From: the human T2T-CHM13v2.0 reference genome, Homo sapiens
Strand: one strand, 5' to 3'
DNA length: 64,000 nt
Assembly (NCBI RefSeq): GCF_009914755.1
Contig: NC_060925.1
In this document: one piece after another, positions 1 to 21,141 of the stretch
Position numbering within the stretch: position 1 is the stretch's first letter
Layout of the letters: each line of letters starts with the position of its first letter
The notes under the pieces: generated by a model
The model's input: the letters and a program-made list of their open reading frames with translations, nothing else
What the model was told of the DNA's origin: nothing
Databases searched by the model: none
Program-made: the position numbers and the translations under genes

Positions 1-288
1 TTGCACCTATAATCTTAGCACTTTGGGAGACCACGGAGGAAGGATCACTTGAGTCCTGGAGTTTAAGACCAGCCTGAGCAATGTAGCAAGAACCCATCTC
101 TACAAAAAAATTAATTAATTAATTTAATTAGTCGGGTGTGGAGGTGCACTCCTGTAGTCCCAGCTACTCAGGAGGCTGAGGTGGGAGGATCACTTGAGCA
201 CAGAAGGTTGATGCTGCAGTCAGCCATGATGGCACCACTGCACTCAGCCTGAGGGACACAGTGAGACCCTGTATGAAAAAAAAAAAAA
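1..288 (+). mobile_element. Alu (AluJ-like), cut by the window edge
   Basis: Dimeric Alu sequence with A tail. Confidence 0.9.
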
Positions 289-298
289 ATCTATACAG

Positions 299-742
299 GA
301 CAAACAAGGCCCTTCATGATCTGGCTCTACCTAATTCTCCAGCCTTTTCTACCTCCCATTATTCCCTTCCTTGTACTGGGAGTTCCCGAAGTGTACTATG
401 TGCTTCAAATCTCAGTCCCTTTGCACATATTGTTCCCTCTAACTGGAGTAACTCCTAGGTGTAGCAGGTGAATTCTCACCTCTTCTTTAAAACTAACTTA
501 AGTACTACCTCATTTGCAAAAGTTCTCTGACTTCCTAAATTGCCCACTTCTTTCTTGGTGCCCCCACTGCACCCTGTATGCTACTTCTACCATAATGTTT
601 ATCACCCTGCATGGTAGTTGTGTTTATTTACATGTTTGTCTCCCCACTAAACCAGGAACAATTTGAGGGCAGGAATCTTGGCTTGTTCATCCAATATTCC
701 CCAGCATCCAAGCACAGCAGGCAATTTTTGTTCAGATGAACT
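299..742. mobile_element. Old L2 fragment
   Basis: ccttcatgatctggc ... tctccccactaaac ... tttgttcagatgaa resembles an L2 3' end. Confidence 0.55.
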
Positions 743-766
743 GAAGTATATTTGTATGGTACCCCA

Positions 767-767
<1 letters not shown>

Positions 768-803
<36 letters not shown>
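768..803. repeat. (CA)n microsatellite
   Basis: Seen directly. Confidence 0.97.
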
Positions 804-806
<3 letters not shown>

Positions 807-1589
807 CTGTTGATAGTCTATCAGTGTTGTACACAGACAAGTCTAAAACAGTAACTCATCTCAAAGACATATGTTTAAGATTGTTATACGACTTTATTTG
901 CAACAAATTTCTCTTCCTAAACATTGTTTAGCTCAGAGTAATATTAAAATCAGTCTGCATATTCCAAGTGTCCAACTTACTTAATAACAGAGAAAAATGA
1001 CCCAAAATTAAAGACCATGGATAATAACCCTCTATTAAAATGCCAGAGAAACTACTGACCGTACATTCTCTCATTTACAACATCCCCCAAAGCTTCCAGA
1101 GTTTCACTCTCTAACCGTCTCCTGATTCCACTGAAGCATTAGAGCTGCATTTGAGTCCTCTCCAACTCTTCCCATAACTCACTGGAAAACCACAACATTC
1201 AAGACTGTCAAAAACTTTAAAAAGTCAGAGACTCCTCCATGTCTATGATGTCAGTCCCAAGGAATCCAGACAGAGAGAAAGAGGAGGGACAGAGGCACTT
1301 AGAACTTTCACATAATTCTTGATTAGGTGGGAGGGAGAGATGAATAATTGTCTTGGCAATTTGTTTTTAGTTAATATGGGTCCTTCAAGTCAAAGAAACA
1401 AAATATAACCTTCTTAGAAAATATGACCAATTTTACTATATTTTTTCTTTTTTCTTTTATCTGTGGATCTAGTCCTGAATCCAGACCAATCCTACTCTAA
1501 AGGGATCTATATAACACTAAATGTTACAATCCAGAAGTAACAAGATGAGTCTCAAAGTAAGAAGAGAAAGAAAGTAATATGTTTTAAAG

Positions 1590-2110
1590 CTTTAGATATT
1601 ATTTCATTTAAACTTCCAAACAACTCTGAGAACTTGGTATTGTTACTCCACATCACAGATGAAGATACTAAAGCTCACAGAGGTTAGGTAATATGCCCAA
1701 GGCAACACAGGTAAAAGTGGCAGACCCAGGATTTTTATCAACCCAGCCCAGCTGACTCCAGAGAACATACGCTCACATACAATGCCACATTTTGTCCAGG
1801 GAGGAGGACTAAGAAAACACGGGCAGTCCACCATGTGGAAGTCCACCCTCACTGCTTCAACTCCTCTCAACTCCACATCAGAAGAAAGAACTGGCTCTGG
1901 ATTCAGACAGATCTTGGTTCCAATCCCAGAGCTACTATTTAAGGGCTGTGTAATCATAGGTAAGTAATATAACCATTTTGTGCCTCAGATTCTTCATGTA
2001 TAAAATGGGGGAAATGTATGCATTTCAGCCCTCCTGTTAGGATTAAATAACATACGTGAAGCCTTAGGGCAGCTTATTGATATACAATAAATCCTCAACA
2101 ATTGTCAGTT
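1590..2110. mobile_element. Two MIR fragments in opposite orientation
   Basis: acagatgaagatactaaagctcacagaggtt... and gtgcctcagattcttcatgtataaaatgggg are MIR core motifs. Confidence 0.65.
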
Positions 2111-3720
2111 GCCTTCTTTCTGCCCAATTCATTTCCATACACTCTCACTCCACTGGTGCCCAACATAGCCCCCTCCCTGTATCTTTCCTTTAAAAGCTTC
2201 CTCTACCCCTCCCAAACAAACCCTTCAGTCCCACGACCATTTCCAAAACAGAGTCTTGACACATACACACAGTGCCCAGCCCATCATTTCCAATCCAGTG
2301 TCTTTCAACTCAAGCCTTCAAGAAAATACCCTAAAGGGGGTCCCTTAGTTGTACCTTCCACCAGATGGTCTCTCAAAAATAACAGCAAAAGAAAAGTGTC
2401 TGTCCCTTCCTAGATGTACACAGCTACATAGCTCATTCATTCCCAAATCTCCAGGAACAGCAATTTCATACATATTTACTGGAATCCCAATGTCTTAATC
2501 TACCAATCCTACCTCCCCCACCTGTACCTCTTACTACTTCTACTCATTCCAGGTTCAAAGATTTTGTAATAGTCTCTTAATCTCATGTATATTATCTATT
2601 TTTTTGATTATTGGAAGGAAATGTTTACATATCCTTCTACTCACCCTGCATACTTCTGGGTTGTTTTCTACCTCTAATGCAGGATATACTTTGGGAATGT
2701 CTACTTTCTCCCCCTAAGTCAAACATGGAATAAAAAAAAAAATCTCAACTCAATCATATAACCACTCCCAAAACAATTTATTTGTTTATCATATGCTATT
2801 GTGGATACACAACATTAAGGTCTCAGGAACTAGTCCCTGGTGGCTTCATCACTACCACTAGTATGTGTGTGTGTCAGAAAAAAATTTAACTATTTTTTCA
2901 AGAATTTCTAGTTTTGTATCAGGCCTACAAACAGCAGGCCTGATATAAAACTCCAACAGACAAATCCCATCAATAACCAAAGGGTAATATAAAGATCAGG
3001 GACTAGTGAACAGAGAACTTGGAAATTGGCATTTGTCTCTTCAGTGCTACTGATAAAGGCTCCTTAAATTACAGTTATTTGGGAAATTTAATAATTTGGA
3101 AGACTTGCAAAAGGGAAGTAATCTTTGGGAAAATGGGGGCAGGGAGAGTCATACAGAAAGTCTGTTATTATAATATTGGCACAACAATAGTAGCTTAAAT
3201 AGAAACAAGAATCATGTCAATGTTTATTTTTTTTAGATCCAGACCAGCATGTCTATTTGCAACACACAATGAACTGTTTTATTCCTTTCAACTAAGGCCA
3301 AGGATAGTCCAAGGTTTGGGCTCTCAACAAATTCAACTTTTAAAAGAATAACCTGCAAAAACAAAAGTTCTACTTGACCTATTAAAGATTCTAATCATTG
3401 AATTTTTCACACAAGAGAAAAAAACACTATAAATCAAGAGACTAGGCTAATAGCAAAACACACTATCTCTCTAGAATCAATTCTCAAACATTTATTCAGT
3501 AGCTGACAATCTTCTCTCCCTTTCTTGATTTCTTTAGTCATTTCACTATAAATTACAGAATTTCCATTCAAGGGGAGAAATAGAAGAAAAAAATTCAAAT
3601 TACTATACTGTCTACTCTTGGTTATCCACAGGAAATTAATCCACTTCATAAATTTCTTCTGGTAAATTAATTTCCCTCAGCATACAAGTACTAATTAATT
3701 TCTTATAAAGCCTCAAAACA

Positions 3721-4290
<570 letters not shown>

Positions 4291-5246
4291 AGGTGGGGGG
4301 CGGGGGGAGGGAGGGAAATTTGTCTTTTATAAAATTATATAATTCAGTTAAAAGATGGATACTTCTTATTACTATCGTCATTTTTTAAAATTCTCCATCT
4401 TTAAGTTCCATAGTTCCATCTTTGCTAGCCATACTTAAATCTCATTTGATCTATAGGCCCAGTATTCAAAACATCCACCTGGCATCTGCTGTTATTATTT
4501 ACTGTCTTGTGATACTAGTTGACCTTCCTGATACTCACATTTTAACTCTCCAATCTGACTATCAGTCATTCATTCAAAATTTACCAAGTTGGTCTACCAT
4601 CTACCAGGCACTGCCATGGGGCCTGGAGATATCCCAGTCTTACCTTCAAGGCACTCTGATCTGATGAGAGAAATATAAACATGTTATTAGTGCCCATTGG
4701 GATAGGAAGAGATATAGAAGCAACCAGTTTACCCAGGTGGGTTAGGGAAGCTTCTAAACTTTTAGCCAAGCCTTTAAGGACGTGTAAAAGCTCACCAGGA
4801 TGGAGGACAAGAATACATTCAAGACAGAAGTAAGATTCTTGAAGTCTGCACCTTTCTTTTATACTTGAAAACATTCTAAACAGGCCTAACACATTGCTTA
4901 GCACATAGTAGATGCCTAGCAAATATTTGTGGTTCTAAACTATTCATGCTAGTCCGTATATGTGGATAATTGAGAGTTATCTACACCTAAAATAGGCTTG
5001 TGAGTTACATACTGGTTTCAAATTTGTCCCATCAAGATGTATAAATAGGTCTATATGAATAAATATAACTTATATTTGTATAGCTGTCTGTTCACTAATA
5101 GCTTCTCTGTTATAATTTTTTGTTTTTAAAGCACTTTCATAAATAACCTCATAATAAACATTTTTCAAATTAAATACTTTTTGAGGTTTTTAATCCCATC
5201 TATTCTGATGGAAAACATATACACATAGAAAAGTTTACAAAGCTTA

Positions 5247-5609
<363 letters not shown>

Positions 5610-6480
5610 TCATATCAGTTTTCTAGGGATTTATAGCAAAACCAGATCAGTCTAGATGTGCAAACCCCACAGGCTAAATAACTCTTACTATTTTGTTTTT
5701 TAAAATAATATCCATATTCACTACATTGTCTCCTAGCCACTACTACCCTCCCCACCTCCCACCAACCCCACAAACACACACACATTTTCCAGGTTGGTGT
5801 TAAAAAGCAGAAACTCTAACCCAGTGTATCCTGGGCACTATTTGGCCCTCTCATTTCTACTGATCGTACCTTTTATAATAATAATTTTTCTTTTAGAAGA
5901 AACCAAGTCTCTTTTATTTATGCACATAAAATTAGTTACAAGCATATAACACAATCTGATAGTTCTAGTTTACCTGGGAACATAGAATATATACTTCATT
6001 TATATAATTAATATTTCACATTTGGGTCTTATGTAGAACAAACCTGGTGGTGAGGTACAGAAAGTCAGTCTGTTTTCCTGATTGACACTTTAGAATCATA
6101 AACTTTTAGAACTAGAACATCAGAGATTATTTTTATTCCATACCCTCAAGTTACAGATGACAACACACAGAACCAGGAGAGTGAGATTAAGTGACTTGTC
6201 CAAATTCAAAGAGCTAACTATAGTAAAACTGAGTACCGAATATAAATCTGCTTACTCCCATTCCAGTAATCTTTCCTTGACTTCACATGTACCACTAGCC
6301 CTCAATTTTCCATGGGATCTACTTTGTGGATTTATTCACAAAAACTGCCTTTCCCCAGCCACCCAGCTAAATCTCTTACTCCTACAGATGTATACCAAAG
6401 AAAAAGATGTATACCTAGGAAATTTAATCACTTAAGCAAGCCATATTTAGGAAAGGAAATCATCTATAAAGTAAATCATG

Positions 6481-7800
<1,320 letters not shown>

Positions 7801-8837
7801 TCAGTACAGTAGTGCCCAGGTCACTGCAATTCTCTCCTGATGAAAACCTTAACATCCTGACTCAATCATTCAAAAAGCATTCTTAATGCCAGGCAGGCTG
7901 CTAAGTGAAGGGGATGCATCAGCCAATAAGTCGTTATCTCTGCTTTCTAAAAGTTCATCTAATGGACTGGTTCCAGAGAAAACCCCAAGATAGATATCAG
8001 CCAACTTTCTTAACAAAAGGTTTATTAAGTGCCAGACCAGAGACAGAAAAAGATGAAGAGGAAATTTTAAAAGGTGAGAGGCTTTTTCAATTTACTAAAC
8101 AAATTTATTAAACAATTTACTCCTTTGGATTATTAAAGTCATGTGTTCCTCTCCAAGAATGTCAATCATCAGAAATTGACTGTAAAGGTTTTTTTATGAT
8201 AATATCTAACCAAATATTTTGGTCAAAGGCACTGTTTCCTTAATCTTACTAATCTGGGAAAACAAGCAGATACTGATCTACATCGATACATTTTAAAATA
8301 TCTATTATATAATATCTGTATTATAGGAATGTGGTTGATCTTACCAAAACTGGGATGAGTTGCTTCCTGTGCAGACAGATGCTTCCAATAGAATGTACTC
8401 TAAGCCTCTAGGGTCAAACATGTAAATCCTGTTTAAACTTTCTTGCCCCATACTGAGTGGGTACAAGTAGTATGGGCAATGCTTCACAATGACCACAATT
8501 ACATAGGCCAAGTTTTCAGTGAAGGTTTCTGTTTTTCCTTCTCCTTTCCACAAAAACTACAAAAGGTATCAATTAGTACACAAGCCATCTGGTAAACATC
8601 CATTGTGTTCTGAGCCTTCTTGAAATTAATCCAAGAAACCAACCCTTCTAAGAGTGAGTCCTATCCCATTATTATTTTTAACACTATTATTGGTAGTGGT
8701 GGTGGTGATAACAAGTGCTAACTTTGCAGTTCATAAAATACTTTCAAATGTATTATTACCTCATTCACTGAAAAAAATGAAGAGGGGATAAAAGGAAATA
8801 TCATAGGCAATTATCTCAAACATCAAAAACAAAACCC

Positions 8838-9316
8838 AGCCGGGCGCAGTGGCTCACGCCTATAATCCCAGCACTTTGGGAGGCTGAGGTGGGCGGATCA
8901 CGAGGTCAAGAGATCGAGACCATCCTGGCCAACATGTTGAAACCCCGTCTCTACTAAAAATACAAAAATTAGGTAGGTGTGGTGGCATGCGCCTGTAAAC
9001 CCAGCTACTTGGGAGGCTGAGGCAGGAGAATCGCTTGAACCTGGGAGGCGGAGGTCAGGTTGCAGTGAGCTGAGATCACACCACTGCACTCCAGCCTGGT
9101 GACAGAGCAAGACTCCATCTCAAAAAAAAAAAAAAAAAAAAAACCCCAATTTTTTGTTTTTTTAAGAGACAAGAGTCTTGCTCTATTAACCAGGCTGGAG
9201 CGCAGTGGCACGATCATAGCTCACTGTAACCTCAAACTCCTGGGCTCAGGCAGTCCTCTTGCCTTAGCCTCCTGAGTAGCTAGGACTACCGGCGAATGCC
9301 ACCATGCCTGGCTAAT
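8838..9316. mobile_element. AluSc-like (8838-9143, +) abutting an inverted Alu monomer (9149-9316, -)
   Basis: A tail, then ccccaa, then the T tail of the second element. Confidence 0.92.
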
Positions 9317-9835
9317 CAAACCCAATTTAACTGGAATTGAAGAGCAAGCATTTTCAATTCAAGAAGTTATTTCTATCAAAAAAGCATTGGACTGACTCTA
9401 GCAATGCAAACATCACAGAAAAAATTTCCCTGTAAATTATCCCCTTAAATGCTAGGTCTAATTGATTCAGTGTATAAATGTTAAGATTACAGTCTCAGCA
9501 AGAATTTGACACTATAAATCTTTGTTTACCTCAATCTTTTTCCCAAATGCTTTACCCACAGTTAAATACTTAATAAATATTCTTCTACAGAAGGAATACT
9601 AACAATAAAGAAGCTGCTCTAGAAAGACAAACTGACAACATTTAGCATTCAAGGACCTTTTGAAGATTTAACGTTTATTGTGCACCTAATCCAAGTACCA
9701 TGCATTACTTGTGGGTTAGATACATCCACATAAATCATCTCGCTAACCTCATCAACTATGCCCAGATACTCCTGGATCCCCAATACTAAATTGATTAGCT
9801 TTCCAATACCAGACAGTTCTAATACTGGCAACCTT

Positions 9836-10176
<341 letters not shown>

Positions 10177-13100
10177 TTAGAACTTAACTGGAACTCAATT
10201 CCTACTGGAACTCAGCTACTCGCTCTAAGTCTTCAGCATTTTTTTTATGCTTTCTACGAGATAATGCTCAAAATAAATCCTTGCACCTGTTCTGAAGATG
10301 CTAACTCCAGAGTAAAGACCACACATCCCAGGTATGGCACACGGTAATAGTGGCCGTAATCTAAAACAAGTCCTCTCTTAGATAGCACAAGCTAAAGAAT
10401 AAACCTAGAATGCTAACAAAACTGAATTTCAGCTGGGCAAAAGACATTGGATCTTGGTATTGTTTCCAACCTCAAAACTCTTTTCTAGTCCTCTGAATAC
10501 AGAAAGCTTTTTCTATTTGAATGAATTGAGCAGGCAAGTTTGACTCAAGAGTCCCTACCTGCATACTCATCAGAGAGAACTGAGGGAAAACAAAAAAAAT
10601 TCCAACTCGCATGACCACATTACAATGTTAACAACACATTACTCACCATTGTGCTACAAGAAAGAACCTGCAAGCAGGCACGAACTTTCAGGAAGCCAAA
10701 AAGAAACAAGCAAACAACATTCTCCTAGTTCTCAAAGCACAAACTCATTCAAATGCCAAAGCAGGTCACACTGTCCAGTTTATACCCAGGTACAAGTGAG
10801 TGGAGAGGGAGAAGGGAGAGGCAAGGGGAAGAGAGGAAAAGCATTATTGTGCAAGTATGCTTTTCAGCACCAAGACACATTTCTTTCTTGGATTCATCAA
10901 GACCATTTTTAACAACAACAACAAAAAAAAACTGGGGTTCCACCTATTTTTATGCCTTTATATATTCACAGAGAACATCCAATATATGTAAACAGTGGCA
11001 TAATGTAACAATGGTTGCAGACATTCCTTTTGGAATCCGTTAGAGCTATATCTAAATCCTACCTGTTACTTTCTTGATTTGTGACCTTGGGTAAATTATT
11101 TAACGTCTCTATTGCTTAGCAGATACTTCATCTGACATTCACTATAGCATCCTCAGGACCTTAAACAGTGCCTAAATCACACTAATACATACTTTGAATG
11201 AATTAATCTGTAAGGTTGCATAACAGTATCTATTTTATGGCATTGCTATGAGTATAAATGAGGTGTTATATAAAATGTTTAGTATAACTCAGGCTAGGAT
11301 CTTGCTACTAAAGAGTAAAGTTTTCTTCCCTTTATTCTCCAGCCAGGTCAGAAGTTATGACAGACGAGCTGTGGCCACGAATAAGATAGGATAAGCATGG
11401 AAGAAGCCAAGCATTAGAAGATGTTTATTACTATCATCATGGGCCATACCTAGGATGACTGGTGCTTATTCTGGAGTTAGAAGCTTAATAACAGGCACAA
11501 GGATTTCTTGTGAGCATTACCTAGCAGAAAACATTTAAAAATGCTTAAAACTGTGACAGCAAGGAGCTGAGTTCCAGGAAGCAGCTGAGTTCCTAGTCAA
11601 AAAATCCGAGAATATTTAGTCTTGGCAGACGAAATTAAATAACAGTGCCAGTCCCTTACGGTAGGTGCATAACAAGTGTTAGCTGATTCAGAAAATTGTA
11701 TTTTCAATCCTCAAGTATCTGTTATCACATAGATAAAAGTCTGGCAAAAGAAGAAAACAAGAAAAGGGGTAGGAACGAGTCACATCTTAAATATGCCTGA
11801 CTATGTATTTTAAAAGCAAATACAAAAGATCTAAGGCTATTCAACGCTGTAAAAAATCTCCTATTAGCAAAAATACTCAATTGATTTATAGTATTTACTC
11901 TCCCTTTCAGGTAATAAGATCTATGTCAGTAAATTGTTTTTAACTGCTGACAGGGTAAATAAGTCTCAAAGATTTGGGTCTAAAGCTCTCTTCCTTTTAC
12001 TAAAAAAAAGACTAATGGGCCTTTGAGGCTACTTCACCCACAGCTTTCAACTCAAGCAAGCCTACCTTCTTGCAGGGAGAGTGGGGGGACACTAATTGTA
12101 TCTTCAAATTGGGAGTCAGAGAGACTATGCACTTAAATCCAAAATCTAAAGAAATCTTTCCCCTTGAATATGACGAATTGAATCTCAGAAGATAGCTCTA
12201 AGAAACCCAGGCCACTATTGCATTAAGAGCCTGATAGACTAAGTACACACATTTTGTGTCTAAATATAAGGAAAACCCATACGGAACTGAAACAGCTTGT
12301 GGTTAAACCTCACCATAATGTGGTCTTCAACTTCCCATTTTGTTTTCCAGGCATTGTTCTGTTTTTAACCACTTGACCCATCTCTTCTCAAGCAATGTGA
12401 TCTAGTAGAAAGAGCACTAAACAACAATCAAAAGAACGGACGATACACACCAAGTCCTACTACTTACTAGGCATGCAAACATAAACCAGTTACTTAAACC
12501 CTGAATTCAGTATCCACTGAGAATGCTGAGCCAGACTCAGTACCTTTCAAAGCTGTCTACCAAGGTACCCCACTTCGGAGAGGCATCAGAAACCCACCAA
12601 ACCCAGCTCTCCTTATTGCTATTACCCAGACTGAAAATGTGTGATCATTCTTACCTAACCTTTTTCACGATAATCAGTTACCAAATTCCCCTTATCTCTC
12701 TTCAAATTACTCAAATCTCTCCCCCTTTCTGCATTACCATTACCCTTGTAGACAGTCTTTTTCCTGGACTATTATAACAGTCCTCTAACTGGTATCCTTT
12801 CCTCTATTTTATACCACAAGGCTGAATCAGTTTTCCTAAAATACTAATTCATACAATACAATTCCCTACTCAGAGATTTTTCAGTATAAGTATAAAAACC
12901 AAATTCCTTTGGCTGAGATTTAAGTCTCACTCCAATTTATCTAACTCTCTAACTTTACTAACTTTACTGATCTTATTGCCCTCCTAGGTAAAACACTGTG
13001 CTACAAACTACTTTTCCTGCCCCCAAAACAAGGTGAGCTCAGCTCACTGGTTCTCCACCTTGAATGTTTCCCCGCTATATTTCTCTCTTCTCTAAGGTCT

Positions 13101-14119
13101 AGATTACCATAAAGGTAAAACTTTTCCCTATCTATTCCCTTTAAACTTCTATATAGCTATGTAACTGTACTCCTCACTTGGTACTTAGTACCTTGGACTT
13201 GTATTACTATTTATCTATTTATGCAAATATTCAGTGTTCACAAATAATTAGTGAGTTCTTAATGACTTTGACTGTTTCTATAATATACTGGAAGCCTAAC
13301 TTTTCAGAGAACAGATATCCAATAAACTGTTGACAGTAACTACTACCTTAGACAAGTCATTTAAATTTTCTGGGTCTCATTTTCCTCACCTAGAAAATGA
13401 CAATATGTAAATCTCTTTTCAGTTCTAAAATGCTATATGATATTAGATATACTGCTACATAGCCTGTATTTGTTTCTCACATTTTTTTTCTTTATATGCA
13501 TTTATCTGTATGTAACCATGTCCTATGTAACCCAGAATATAAATTCCCAAGGGGCCAGTTCTCCTCCTGCTTATTTATTTACTGGGTAACTCCTCCTTGG
13601 CATCTCCTTAGTGCATTGTCCCCAGATTCCAGTGCACAGCCAAGTGTTCGGTGGAAAGGAATTTGTAGTTTCAATCAAGCAGCAAACATCAAGGGAAATT
13701 TGCACAGATGATTTAAATCTCAATTTTCATAATGAACTAGTATATTATACAAAATTACAAAGATGTGAGAAAGAAGGAACTTAAAGTTGTTAAAATGACA
13801 GGACACCTTGTGCCAAATAGCCAGGAATTTATTTTAGGCAAGCAAAGAAGCTAGGACACAGAAACTCTTAAGTCTAACTCTCAAATTCTATTTTCAGAGT
13901 TCTAAGAAGGGGTATGGAAAGTCTCTATTCATGTCAGTAAACAACAGGGACCAAGTATTGTTCATGTCAGAGAATCCTGTCCCTTAGAACTGATAGAAAT
14001 TTTCAGGAAATTGATGGTTTCATACTTAGCCAGGTGAGCTACCAGTTCAAGGGAGGCAAAAGCAGATGCTCACAATGGAACACATAAGAGGAGATAAGTT
14101 TCTAAAATATATTTTTGTT

Positions 14120-14255
14120 GGAGCTAGGCATGGTGGCACACACCTATAGTCCCAGCTACTCACAAGGCTGAGGTAGGAGGATGGCTTGAGCCCAGGAGTT
14201 CAAGACCAGCCTGGGCAACATAGTGAGACCCTGTCCCTAATAAATAAATAAACAA
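14120..14255 (+). mobile_element. FLAM-type Alu monomer
   Basis: Single left-arm-like unit with (TAAA)n tail. Confidence 0.85.
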
Positions 14256-14732
14256 ACTACATTTTTGTTAGTTAGCATCATTGTATTTTCCCACTGTCGT
14301 GTCTTAATTCTTCACATGCGACTACCTTCATGTAAATATCAATATTAATTAACACTAAAGCCTCAGAGGAATTCGCTCTTCCTTTTCTTTTGATGTTAGC
14401 TGTTAATGATTCAAAAGGCACTAGTAGACTAACTCATTTAAAATGACCCTGACTTTTCAAAGAACTATTTTAGAACACAGCACTGGCACTTTCAAAGCTG
14501 CATTCTATCTATAATATTCTCTAAGTAGGTATCTGTAGAGTGTAGCCTGGATACAACTTTGATTAGTTAATATAAAAGGCTTATAAAGAATTCTAAGCCA
14601 GTTGTGGGAAAGATTATATCCTGCTGGAGAAAAAAGAAAATCAGGAACGTTTTTGTGGAAGAGATAGTTTACACTGGGACTTTAAGAATGGGTAAGTTTA
14701 AAAACAAAACAAAACAAAACAGGGCAAGTGGG

Positions 14733-15835
<1,103 letters not shown>

Positions 15836-17508
15836 AAGGGCCAGGTGATTTGATGAATAGAGGAGTCAACACAAAAACAGTCAGGAGCAGAATGGTTTCC
15901 CAAAACTATAAGGAGATATCTGACTTGTTCAGTTTTAGACTGAAGAGGAGCCTTCACATCCCTCAAACAGCAGCGCTTAGAACAGGGTAGAGTGAGGACT
16001 GACAAAAATGGACAAGAAGGTTTATTGCCATCTCAAATCAGATAGCAGAGGGGAGTGAAAAACCACCTTCCCACATAATTTAAATGCTAGTGTAACCAAG
16101 TTATCTCCCCTAAAACAGCCAAGAAAGCTTCCAGTTACACAGGAATTCAGATAAGTACTCACTGTGAGTAGCTATTCTGTGCCTCCTTTCTACCCACCCC
16201 TTCCTTCTCCCAAATACTCACAAACAAAAACAAAATGTACCCTTGCCCACTTGAGAAAGAATTAAGACTTGGCAGCTCTGCTTAAGTGGACAGCTTCCAA
16301 ACCAAGGCCCTTCTCTGGGGAAGATGCTGACAGAGCCCAGAGAAAAGAATTTAAAAATCACAACTCAGACAAGTTTTGAGGAAGGCCTATCAATGGAAGG
16401 TATCCATCCTTCCACACGTCCTTAAGTCCCAATTTCTCCCAGGGGAATCTAAGGACTTAGAGGATGCCCTCTACCCTGTTCTGTTCTCCTCCAGCAAAAG
16501 TGACTAAAACACAAAATCCAAACTCTCACTTAGCACTTTAAAACCAAACAATTTCCCTCCACAAAAATCCAATGAAAATGAAAATACAGGGAAGATGCAG
16601 AATCTGAGTATTTAATATTTTAAAGAGAGTAAGACATCTAAAACAAATATGACAAAATGTTAATGTCCATCAAATTTGGGATGTAGGCTCAAAATTGTTT
16701 CTGTTTGGGTTTTTTCCCTGAACTTTTCTAAATTTTGTTTAGATATTCTTTTTTTTTTTAGATAAATATACTTTTAATCAGTGCCCAATTTATCATAGCT
16801 TATTTAACAAGTTTCAGTGGCACAAATAAAACTAAGTTTAAAAGAAAACAACTTAAAGGGAGCTTAGTGGCAGAGATAAAGACATGCAACAAAACAAATA
16901 CCTTGACATTCTTCTACATCTGAATCACTACAGCTGAAAAATCCTAACACCTCATTCAGCCCAGTCCAGGGCACCGAACTGCCCCTCTTCCCAATGGTAC
17001 TCTCAGGGAACATCTTTCTCAGTCAGACCTAGGAAAATACCTCTATTCACTTTGGACTGGTTAAAAAAAGACGGTAGAATGGAATGATGTTAAGTCCTTC
17101 TATCTGCTAGTACAATGCAATGTGGCAGAATGACACAAACACTGAAATGGGACTTGGGAGAGAAGAGAGAGGTGAATTCACCTTTATTAATCACCTAGTA
17201 CATGCTGAAGACTGAATTCTAGACTAAGCTATCACAGAACCACTTCTGTGATCCTGAGTAAACCTCAGGTATTCTATTTGAAAATGAATGAGGAAAACTA
17301 AGAAAGCATCGCAGCCCCGCCAGTTGTCTGATTCCATGAATCTGTAAATATGATCACTCTCAATAAATGTGTTCAGTATAATGAAGTTATTGAAAGGAAT
17401 TCTGCTTTCTCCATCTCCAATCCACCCTACACACCACTGACATAATCTTTCTAGGATGTGAAACGTATTAAATGGCTCCTGATATACTGCAGTATAAGAT
17501 AAAGCTCC

Positions 17509-17921
<413 letters not shown>

Positions 17922-18818
17922 TTAAGCTTTTGTTCATGGTATTTTCTCAGACTGGAATGTAATTCTTGTCATCTGTAGAGTATATCCTTAATTCATCTTT
18001 CAAGACTCAGCTCAAATGCTAACTCCTCAGGGAGGCTCTTTCCAACCTCAGCATGCCCAAGGCAGAACTGACCCTTGGGCTCCCACTCTCCCTGCTGCAT
18101 ACTTCTATCACAGCATCTATCACACTTCATTCTATCTATATATTTACATATCTGTCTCCTCCCACTAGACCCATACGCTCCTCGTGGGTTCCTTGTCTCC
18201 CTTACCTCCATCTCAGTGCCTAGGATGGTGTTTACAAGATAGGAGACATGTTTAGGTTTAGACGTGTTTAGGTTTATCAGTACCATTTTCTTTGCCCTTC
18301 TGCTCTTTCCCTAAACTTTAGTCCTCAGAGAGCTTATTAATTCTCTTGGCTACAGCTACCACATCTAGGCCATGAATTGCAAAACTGCATTTCCAAACCT
18401 ACCCCCATCTTTACTCCAGCTCACACCCAGGACAGCCTTCATTTGGACATTTCATTGCCACTTTAAATCCAACACATCGCAAATTATACTCATCATATTT
18501 CCCCAAAATGAGGAAAGCTTCCTAACTTCTTTATTTCACTCAATGTCTCAGACACCCAGGCACAACGTGTCACAGTTGTAGTTGACTCATCACCCTTCTT
18601 CATCTCCCACATCCACCCCTCATTAATTTCCATTTTTCCTTCACAGTCTCTTTTTCACTCTTTCCTCTCCTTAGCCTACCCTCCACAACTCTAACTCGGG
18701 CCTCATCACTTCACACACCCCCAGTGTCAATCTCCATTCCCTCCCAGCCAACCTGTGTATTAGTATCATCATACTGCTATTCTATTCAAAAATCTTCTAC
18801 CATTTAAAATATAAAGTT

Positions 18819-19568
<750 letters not shown>

Positions 19569-19787
19569 TATTTTTTTATTAAGATCTGAAATGAGTTATA
19601 ATTCCTCTGTGACATAACTACCTGAGTACTCCTCTCCCCAAATACCTACGGTATGAGGTCTGCACTATGCAACTAACAATATAGTTTCACATTTTAAAAT
19701 TTTGTGTGGCATATTAAGAGGCTCAGCAAGTATTCATTCCTTTTTATTCTTCTTACTCCCAACTGGACTGTAAACTCTTCAAGGACA

Positions 19788-21141
<1,354 letters not shown>

